Source: Amphritea sp. | GTDB lineage: Bacteria > Pseudomonadota > Gammaproteobacteria > Pseudomonadales > Balneatricaceae | Assembly: GCF_050300915.1 (NCBI RefSeq) | Contig: NZ_JBNKYN010000017.1 | Location: 312-64,311, forward strand | Length of the DNA stretch: 64,000 nt | Direction: 5' to 3' | Part shown: positions 56,932 through 64,000 of the stretch, in pieces | How the letters are laid out: each line of letters begins with the position of its first letter | How positions within the stretch are numbered: position 1 is the first letter of the stretch | Translations under genes and position numbers: made by a program | Notes under the pieces: model-generated | Seen by the model: only the letters and a program-made list of their open reading frames with translations | What the model was told of the DNA's origin: nothing | Database searches by the model: none

Positions 56932-57366
56932 ATGAGCCAAGCTGATTTCTATGTTCTCCCCGACGCCGACCCGGAAAGCCGTACCGCCTTCCTCTGTCGC
57001 CTGGCGGATAAGGTGTTGGGCCACGGCCTCAACGCCTATATCCACGTCACCGGAGCCAGCGAGGCCGAACGGCTGGATCAGTTATTGTGGGATTATCGCG
57101 CCGACGCCTTTATCCCCCACGGCCTGCTCAACAGCAAACCCGACGCCCCGGTGCAGATCGGCTGGGGCGATCAGCTGCCACAACACCGCGATGTCTTCAT
57201 CAACCTGGCCCTGGACGCCACAGAGGAAACCCTGAAATTTGATCGTATTCTGGAGATCGTTATCCAGCAACCCGACATCCTCACCGCCACCCGTAAAAAC
57301 TACGCCCTCTACAAAAGCAACGGCATCACCCCGAAGATGCATGATATGCGTAAGAGCAGTAGCTAG
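56932..57366 (+). CDS. holC: DNA polymerase III chi subunit
   Basis: ADFYVL, LDQLLW...FIPH; synteny pepA-holC-valS. Confidence 0.92.
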   Translation: MSQADFYVLPDADPESRTAFLCRLADKVLGHGLNAYIHVTGASEAERLDQLLWDYRADAFIPHGLLNSKPDAPVQIGWGDQLPQHRDVFINLALDATEETLKFDRILEIVIQQPDILTATRKNYALYKSNGITPKMHDMRKSSS

Positions 57367-57628
57367 ACGTCACTACGTGACTTGTTAGACGCTCCTTCGT
57401 CGCTTGCTAGTCGCTAGAACAAGCATTTTAGTCCACTAGAATCAATATTCTTCTCTTGATCTTCGCTTTTCCTAGCAAGCGACGCAGTCGCGTCTAACTC
57501 CTAGCAGGAAACGAAGTTTCCGTTCTAGCCACTCTCGCGTTTTTTTGCGAGTACCTAACTACTAGCAAGTGCGAAGCACGTCTAGCTTCTGCGCGTCATA
57601 ACGTAGTTTGCCAGCAGCTAGAAAATGC
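57361..57628. repeat. CTAG-hairpin array downstream of the four-helix-bundle gene
   Basis: Forward modules 57361-57420, reverse modules 57469-57587 (direct repeat of 58172-58289), extra GCTAGAAAATGC at 57617. Confidence 0.9.
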
Positions 57629-57636
57629 AACAACGC

Positions 57637-57978
57637 TCAGGGCTCCGTTGATTTAATCAGTGTGGCCAGCATTTTCTGAATCTCATCCAGCTCCTTTCTC
57701 CAGTCACAGCCTCGCTCCGTATGGATGTAACCAATTCGCTGACCGATATAAACCTGGGTTTTCAGCTCAGCGAGCGAACCCTTGGCATAGTAGAGAAATT
57801 GCCGTTTCTCCTTGAGTGATCCCCGCTCAAACCCCTCAGCGATATTACTGGGTATCGACAAACTACTGCGGGTTATCTGATCCCTGAAACCAAAATCCCG
57901 GCAGCGGGAAAGAACGGTATACACCTCACAACTCAATCGACAAGCACGCTTCCATACATCCAGGTCTTCATAACTCAT
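57637..57978 (-). CDS. Four-helix-bundle protein (23S rRNA IVP family, Avd-like fold)
   Basis: EDLDVW, RDQITRSSLSIPSNIAEG, AKGSLAELKTQ family motifs; 113 aa. Confidence 0.92.
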   Translation of the reverse strand: MSYEDLDVWKRACRLSCEVYTVLSRCRDFGFRDQITRSSLSIPSNIAEGFERGSLKEKRQFLYYAKGSLAELKTQVYIGQRIGYIHTERGCDWRKELDEIQKMLATLIKSTEP

Positions 57979-58064
57979 AACAAATTCCTTTTCGTCATTT
58001 CTGAAAATTAGTCTAGTTCAAAAAAAACGCAGTTCACAATGGCAGCCCCATTCGGGAATAAGTT

Positions 58065-58290
58065 GCTAGAACGGAAACTTCGTTTCCTGCTAGACGCTAG
58101 AACGCTGCGCTTGCTAGAAAAAGATAAAACCCACACCCGGCCAATTCACCAGAAGCTTTTAGTCTTAGCTCTTCCTAGCAAGCGACGCAGTCGCGTCTAA
58201 CCACTAGCAGGAAACGAAGTTTCCGTTCTAGCCACTCTCGCATTTTTTGCGAGTACCTAACCACTAGCAAGTGCGAAGCACGTCTAGCTA
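58065..58290. repeat. CTAG-hairpin array upstream of the four-helix-bundle gene
   Basis: Forward modules 58065-58123, reverse modules 58172-58289. Confidence 0.9.
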
Positions 58291-58363
58291 CTTAAGCCCC
58301 CCGGCGCTATAATATGCGACTATTTTTCTGCCCTAATTCAAGCGTTGAGAGCACGGTTATTTA

Positions 58364-61225
58364 ATGGATACCACTTACCAGCCACACGAGATCGAGAAAT
58401 CCTGGTACAAAATCTGGGAAGAGAAAGGTTACTTTGCCCCCTCCGGTGAAGGCGAGGCCTACAGCATTATGATCCCGCCGCCGAATGTCACCGGCAGCCT
58501 GCATATGGGTCATGCTTTCCAGCACACCATCATGGATGCGCTGATCCGTTATCAGCGAATGAAGGGTAAAAACACCCTGTGGCAGGTCGGTACCGACCAC
58601 GCCGGTATCGCCACCCAGATGGTGGTTGAACGTAAGCTGGCCGCCGAAGAGCAGAAAACCCGTCATGACCTCGGCCGTGATGCCTTTATCGAGAAGATCT
58701 GGGAGTGGAAAGGTGAATCCGGGGGCATGATCACCAACCAGATGCGCCGTCTGGGCGATTCGGTTGACTGGCCGACCGAGCGTTTCACCATGGATTCCGG
58801 CTTCTACAACGCCGTGCAGGAAGTGTTTATCCGTCTGTATGACGAAGGCCTGATCTACCGTGGCAAGCGTCTGGTTAACTGGGACCCGAAACTACACACC
58901 GCGATCTCCGATCTGGAAGTGGAAAACCGCGAAGTGAAAGGCAAAATGTGGTATCTGCGCTACCCGCTGGCGGATGGTGTCAAAACCGCCGCCGGAGATG
59001 ACTTTCTGGTGGTCGGTACCACCCGTCCGGAAACCCTGCTGGGGGATACCGGCGTCGCCGTGAACGCCGAAGATGATCGTTATAAAGATCTTATCGGCAA
59101 AGCGGTTATCCTGCCGCTGGTTGGCCGGCGCATTCCGATTGTGGCCGATGAGCACGCCGACATGGAAAAAGGCTCCGGTTGTGTGAAAATCACTCCGGCC
59201 CACGACTTCAACGATAATGAAGTGGGTAAGCGTTGCAAGCTGCCGATGATCAACATTCTCACCCTCAACGGCGATATCCGCGATGAGGCCGAGACCTTCA
59301 ACACCGATGGCAGCGAAAACCACGAGATCGACAAAACCCTGCCGGAGAAATACCGTGGCATGGAGCGTTTCGCCGCCCGTCGCGAGATCGTTGCCGATAT
59401 GGACGCCGCCGGGCTGCTGGTGAAGATCGAAGAAAACGATATGACCATCCCCTACGGTGACCGTGGCGGTGTAGTGATCGAACCGATGCTCACCGATCAG
59501 TGGTTTGCCGATGCCAAAACCCTCTCCGGCCCTGCCGTTGAAGCAGTTGAGAACGGTGATATCAAGTTCGTACCGAAGCAGTACGAGAACATGTTCTTCG
59601 CCTGGATGCGCGACATTCAGGACTGGTGTATCTCCCGTCAGCTGTGGTGGGGCCACCGGATTCCGGCATTCTACGATAACGAAGGCAATGTCTACGTTGC
59701 CAAAGATGCCGACGCTGCGCGGGAAAAATATGGTCTGGATCTGCAAACCGAACTGCGTCAGGACGATGACGTCCTCGATACCTGGTTCAGCTCTGGTCTG
59801 TGGACCTTCGGCACCCTGGGCTGGCCGGAAAACACCCAGCGTCTGCAAACGTTCCACCCGACCGATGTGCTGGTCACCGGCTTCGATATCATCTTCTTCT
59901 GGGTTGCGCGGATGATGATGATGACCATGCACCTGATCAAAGATGAAAACGACAAGCCGCAGGTACCGTTCAAAACCGTTTACGTCACCGGTCTGATCCG
60001 TGATGAAAACGGCGACAAGATGTCCAAATCCAAGGGCAACGTGCTTGATCCGCTGGATATGATTGATGGCATCAGCCTGCCAGAGCTGCTGGAAAAACGT
60101 ACCGGCAACATGATGCAGCCACAACTGGCGGAGAAGATCGCCGCGCGGACCGAAAAGCAGTTCCCGGAAGGTATCGCGGCCCACGGCACCGACGCCCTGC
60201 GCTTCACCCTGGCGGCGCTGGCCTCCACCGGCCGCGACATCAACTGGGATGTGAAGCGTCTGGAGGGTTACCGTAACTTCTGTAACAAACTCTGGAACGC
60301 TGCCCGTTATGTGCAGATGAACACCGAGGGTGAAGACTGCGGCCAGCTCTCCGCAGAGAGCGAAGTTGAGCTTTCACTGGCCGATCGCTGGATCGCCAGT
60401 GAACTACAGAAAGTTGAAGCACAGGTCACCAGGCATCTGGACGAATATCGCTTCGATCTGGCATCTCAGACCCTGTATGACTTCATCTGGAACGAATACT
60501 GTGGCTGGTATCTGGAGCTGTCCAAACCGGTATTGTGGGACGAAAACGCCTCCGCTGCCGCCAAGCGTGGCACCCGCCGCACCCTGGTACGGGCACTGGA
60601 AGTGATCCTGCGACTGACCCACCCGATCATGCCTTATATCACCGAAGAGATCTGGCAGTCGATTAAAGGTCTGGCCGGTGTCAAAGGCGACACCATCATG
60701 CTGCAACCCTACCCGGTTGCCAATGAAGCGAAACATGATGCCGCCGCTGAAGCCGATATCAACTGGCTGAAAGGTGTTATCACCGGCGTCCGTAACATCC
60801 GTGGCGAGATGGGCATCTCACCCGCCAAAGGTCTGGATATCCTGATCAAAAACGGCAGCGCCGACGATAAAACCCGTCTGGACGCCAACAAAGCCTTCCT
60901 CGCTAAACTCGCTTCACTGGCTTCCGTCACCTGGCTGAACCCGGGCGATGAAGAACCGATGTCAGCGGTACAGCTGGTCGGCGATATGCAGGTTCTGGTA
61001 CCGATGGCCGGCCTGATCGACAAAGACGCCGAACTGGCCCGTCTGAAGAAAGAGATGGATAAGCTGGAGAAAGAAGCCGGACGTCTGGCAGGCAAACTGA
61101 GCAATGACAAATTTGTCGCTAATGCGCCGGAGGCGGTTGTTGCTAAAGAGCGGGAGAAGCTGGCGGAGTATAAGGCGTCGTTGGGGCAGCTGAAAGAACA
61201 GGCGGCTAAGATAGAGGCGCTTTAG
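58364..61225 (+). CDS. valS: Valine--tRNA ligase
   Basis: [34 protein letters not shown]-terminal coiled coil. Confidence 0.98.
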   Translation: MDTTYQPHEIEKSWYKIWEEKGYFAPSGEGEAYSIMIPPPNVTGSLHMGHAFQHTIMDALIRYQRMKGKNTLWQVGTDHAGIATQMVVERKLAAEEQKTRHDLGRDAFIEKIWEWKGESGGMITNQMRRLGDSVDWPTERFTMDSGFYNAVQEVFIRLYDEGLIYRGKRLVNWDPKLHTAISDLEVENREVKGKMWYLRYPLADGVKTAAGDDFLVVGTTRPETLLGDTGVAVNAEDDRYKDLIGKAVILPLVGRRIPIVADEHADMEKGSGCVKITPAHDFNDNEVGKRCKLPMINILTLNGDIRDEAETFNTDGSENHEIDKTLPEKYRGMERFAARREIVADMDAAGLLVKIEENDMTIPYGDRGGVVIEPMLTDQWFADAKTLSGPAVEAVENGDIKFVPKQYENMFFAWMRDIQDWCISRQLWWGHRIPAFYDNEGNVYVAKDADAAREKYGLDLQTELRQDDDVLDTWFSSGLWTFGTLGWPENTQRLQTFHPTDVLVTGFDIIFFWVARMMMMTMHLIKDENDKPQVPFKTVYVTGLIRDENGDKMSKSKGNVLDPLDMIDGISLPELLEKRTGNMMQPQLAEKIAARTEKQFPEGIAAHGTDALRFTLAALASTGRDINWDVKRLEGYRNFCNKLWNAARYVQMNTEGEDCGQLSAESEVELSLADRWIASELQKVEAQVTRHLDEYRFDLASQTLYDFIWNEYCGWYLELSKPVLWDENASAAAKRGTRRTLVRALEVILRLTHPIMPYITEEIWQSIKGLAGVKGDTIMLQPYPVANEAKHDAAAEADINWLKGVITGVRNIRGEMGISPAKGLDILIKNGSADDKTRLDANKAFLAKLASLASVTWLNPGDEEPMSAVQLVGDMQVLVPMAGLIDKDAELARLKKEMDKLEKEAGRLAGKLSNDKFVANAPEAVVAKEREKLAEYKASLGQLKEQAAKIEAL

Positions 61226-61237
61226 CAACAGCAACAG

Positions 61238-61313
61238 TGGCTAGAACGTCGCTTCGCTCCTCGCTAGACGCGGCTTCGCCGCTTGCTAGTAGCTAGAAAA
61301 AACGTTAACAAGC
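61238..61313 (+). repeat. CTAG-hairpin forward arm immediately after the valS stop
   Basis: TGGCTAG-AACGTCGCTTCGC...GCTAG-ACGCGGCTTCGCCGCTTGCTAG-TAGCTAG-AAAAAACG. Confidence 0.87.
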
Positions 61314-61337
61314 CCAGACAATTGTCTGGGCTTTTTT
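61310..61337 (+). terminator. valS terminator
   Basis: AAGCCCAGACAATTGTCTGGGCTTTTTT. Confidence 0.8.
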
Positions 61338-61358
61338 GGTAAACGATAGGGATTTCGT

Positions 61359-62170
61359 ATGAAGCAAGAAAATATTGAAGAAACAAGTAACCAGGCCATC
61401 AGACCTTTTAGCATTAAGCGCTATATTGAGGATCACAATTCTCTAATCACTATACTCGTCACTATTGTTGGGGTCTTAAGCCCTACAGGGTATATCGCTG
61501 GTGTCATCTACCACCAAGTCTATCTGAACACCTTTGGCATCGATTCCGGAGCATTCCCAATCGCTCTGCAAGAGGCCTATTTTTACGCATATATAGTTTC
61601 TGTAGAGTATATAAGCAAAGGAATTTCACATTTAATCAGCTTCAAGGCTCTCTACATCACCCTGAGCCTGCTAAGTATTTATATTGCACTAGCATATTTT
61701 AGTGCCAAAGCTGCCAGGTGGAAATTAGCGACAGATGAAGAGGAAACAAAACTTCGTCAGTGCGTTGATAAGTTATTTTATTATTTAAAACCTTCCAATA
61801 ATGATTTTATACTCGCATGTACTGCCATTTATGAATATTTCGCGTGGATATTTATAACACGGCCTATTTAGCACTAATCCTTGCTGTTTGCTGGGTAATG
61901 ATATTTGTTGGCTCGTTTTACAGCGGACAGAATGCTGCAACAACGAAGCTTGAAGAGTACTTAGCTAATGGCTGCACTCCCCTTGAGGACTCAGTTTTTA
62001 ATAGATGCTCAAAAATCATCCGTTCCGAAGGCGATATCGCTGAAGGATATTTGATAACGTCTCAGGGTAATAGGCTAGCCCTTTTGACCCATGAAGGCTC
62101 GGTAGTACTAACCGTACAACCTGATGAAAAAATTGTTAGGCTTCAGAACTCAGGTAGGCATGTTAAATAA
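61359..62170 (+). pseudogene. Probable single membrane-protein gene split by a 1-nt frameshift (ORFs 61359-61871 and 61844-62170)
   Basis: The two ORFs overlap by 28 nt in different frames; a hydrophobic segment continues across the junction (WIFIT / TAYLALILAVCW); AT-rich. Confidence 0.55.
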
Positions 62171-62541
62171 GCACGCCCGACAGTGATGCAGGGATTTTTT
62201 AGTTATAGGTAATGGTGAAAGATATCAATACAGTGGGTGGCGCGCTGGCATGCCCTTTAGGTACCCGGCGTCGATTGAATGCCCTTTGGGGCTTCACAGC
62301 GATTGGCTTCAACATTTCAACACAAGCTTTCCTCTGTGTCTCGGTGGTGAGCATTTTTAAGTTTTACCAAAGTACCCAAGGGGCATGCTAAGGACACAGA
62401 GAGCACCGAGAAAGTGACAAGAACAGACTGGTATCATACGAAAAATAAACCAATCTTATTTAGCCTTTGGAAAATAATTCTGTCCCCATTTTCACTTTTT
62501 CAGGCGCCCTTTTTCAGACTAAATATATAGAAAGAACGGTT

Positions 62542-63432
62542 TTAAGCTATTTTACGCGCTAACTTTTTCTTCTCTCTGTTAAGCTCAAGAAAAGTTATAT
62601 CCGGCGGAAAACCACAAAGTTTGAGTGACGGCCTATGAATTATTACTTCTCTCCCTTTTCGTTTAAGCTGAGCAGTATAAGTTAAGCCAAACGGTTCCGG
62701 AGAAAATTTACTATATATATCATTTATTTCAGGTGTATCATCATATGTTACCACCCAAGGCTGCTTTAGCCTTTTAACACTTTCATACAATCTATAGTGA
62801 TCTTTATGAGAAAAGAAGTTCTGGTATAGCCCTTTACCTTTAACATAATATGGTGGATCAATATTTACCAATACCCTTTCGTTTAACCCTGCCACTATCT
62901 CGTCTAAGAATACTGCTCCATCCATATTCGTTAGAAATATATCTTCTCTTCTATCAGAAATTAATTTAATCTGTTGAATAAGCCTTTCCTTATTAAATCT
63001 ACAGTCAAGCTTATAATCACCATCTTGCTTCAGACCTCCGATGACTCCTGCATTAATAATTCCTGATCTATTTGTTCTATTCAAAAAAAATGTTGAGAAT
63101 CCTCTTTCCAACAAAGTTGACTTTTCATTAGCCTGTATAGACTTTTGATTATGCCACTCATCAATGCTGACCGTAGTCCTCTCTATCAACTGACACAATT
63201 CAGAAGTTCGATATATAGCACTATACCAAAATGAATATATCGACGGATTTAAGTCATTAATATATATTTTACTAACATGATTATTCAACAGCAAATACCA
63301 TGCAATCGCAGCACCTCCCGCAAAAGGCTCAACATAACTACCTCCTTCCAGATTGTTTATCTTCATTGTTTCTAGAATATATGCGGTTAATTTCGCTTTT
63401 CCTCCAGGATATCGTAGCGGAGAATAAATCAT
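62542..63432 (-). CDS. DNA adenine methyltransferase (Dam/D12 class N6-mA)
   Basis: SPLRYPGGK, EPFAGG, INDLN, DPPYY motifs; AT-rich. Confidence 0.92.
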   Translation of the reverse strand: MIYSPLRYPGGKAKLTAYILETMKINNLEGGSYVEPFAGGAAIAWYLLLNNHVSKIYINDLNPSIYSFWYSAIYRTSELCQLIERTTVSIDEWHNQKSIQANEKSTLLERGFSTFFLNRTNRSGIINAGVIGGLKQDGDYKLDCRFNKERLIQQIKLISDRREDIFLTNMDGAVFLDEIVAGLNERVLVNIDPPYYVKGKGLYQNFFSHKDHYRLYESVKRLKQPWVVTYDDTPEINDIYSKFSPEPFGLTYTAQLKRKGREVIIHRPSLKLCGFPPDITFLELNREKKKLARKIA

Positions 63433-63998
63433 TTCTCTTCTCTCAAATTGACTAACACTTCAAGCAAGGGGCTTAAAAAATCCCAAAACCCATTTAAAAA
63501 TCTTTTATTCGTATGTTGCTGATCAGTACCATGAATATAATTATTTAATGTATCAAGACTATGTTCGTTACTAGGATTAAGTAATTTATCGACAACCTTT
63601 GCAACAGGCGTTTTAGCTGAAATCTTATTCTTCTTTAAATACTCAAGCCTTTGTTTTAAAGGAACATTTATGAAAGCAGCATTATACATCCTTGAAACAT
63701 CATCTTTTACACCCTCAGCAGTCAAATACTCGGCTACGGAAAGATCCAAAAACACTCTAAGAGAAACAGACGATATATTATTATACCTGGTAACAGGAAG
63801 TCTTTTAAGTTCTTTGAACAAAGCATTCAGCTTATTACTAGACACATCAATCTTTAATGTTTCAATTATCAGTTGATTTCTATCTGGATTTTTATTTAAA
63901 ACTTTCTTTACACCATTATCTATTTTAAGTTCAACTTCATCATTCTCTAAAGAATCTAGAGCATCTTCATTATTTTCAATAACGTCATCGGCATGATC
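63429..63998 (-). CDS. C-terminal part of an uncharacterised protein translationally coupled to the methylase (5' end beyond window)
   Basis: Frame stays open to the window edge (DHADDVIENNED...SSNKLNALFKELK...LNNYIH...FWDFLSPLL); ATGA overlap with the methylase start. Confidence 0.8.
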   Translation of the reverse strand, partial: DHADDVIENNEDALDSLENDEVELKIDNGVKKVLNKNPDRNQLIIETLKIDVSSNKLNALFKELKRLPVTRYNNISSVSLRVFLDLSVAEYLTAEGVKDDVSRMYNAAFINVPLKQRLEYLKKNKISAKTPVAKVVDKLLNPSNEHSLDTLNNYIHGTDQQHTNKRFLNGFWDFLSPLLEVLVNLREEK

Positions 63999-64000
63999 GA

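Noticed and set aside
57637-57978. 23S rRNA intervening sequence
   Set aside because: The flanks are holC and valS and no rRNA sequence is present; the family name is historical.
57361-58290. Diversity-generating retroelement (Avd-like gene plus GNA hairpins)
   Set aside because: No reverse transcriptase in the window, and the direct repeats do not show the adenine-specific TR/VR mismatch pattern or lie in a target CDS. Only the analogy is kept.
58892-60184. 430-aa antisense ORF inside valS, and similar long shadow ORFs at 23333-24364, 54345-55280, 55805-56710, 47231-47908 and 9706-10326
   Set aside because: They fully overlap well-supported housekeeping genes, have no recognisable motifs, and are expected from codon bias on the coding strand.
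61238-62420. Integron cassette array / attC sites
   Set aside because: No clear RYYYAAC...GTTRRRY-bounded attC fold and no integrase.

Overview
A 64-kb chromosomal segment of a marine-type gammaproteobacterium. Gene order and protein styles suggest Oceanospirillales/Pseudomonadales; this is inference. Most of it is conserved housekeeping synteny: ndk-rlmN-pilW-rodZ-hisS-yfgM-bamB-der, trmJ-iscRSUA-hscBA-fdx-iscX, suhB, nnr-tsaE-amiB-mutL-miaA-hfq-hflXKC-DUF2065-hisZ-purA, queG, orn, rsgA-HDOD-rhdA-psd, ygfZ, efpL, ung, prfB-lysS, nhaD, lptFG, pepA-holC-valS. No rRNA, tRNA, CRISPR array, transposase or integrase was recognised. The most striking unexplained structure is a dispersed, modular intergenic repeat family built from CTAG-linked mini-hairpins. 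The stems covary, while the loop stays c-TNC-g (c-GNA-g on the other strand) in intact copies. It occurs at about 8 sites (38.0, 40.05, 40.65, 43.65, 52.65-52.95, 57.36-57.63, 58.07-58.29, 61.24 kb). It forms about 118-bp direct repeats around a four-helix-bundle (23S-IVP/Avd-like) gene, brackets a 3-kb aldolase/TauD/MarR block with inverted arms, supplies the stop codons of three host genes, and marks the left edge of an AT-rich island after valS. That island holds a frameshifted membrane gene and a Dam-type methylase coupled to a truncated partner gene. Other oddities: prfB lacks the programmed +1 frameshift, ispG is missing from its usual slot, and an EAL phosphodiesterase lies directly downstream of orn.
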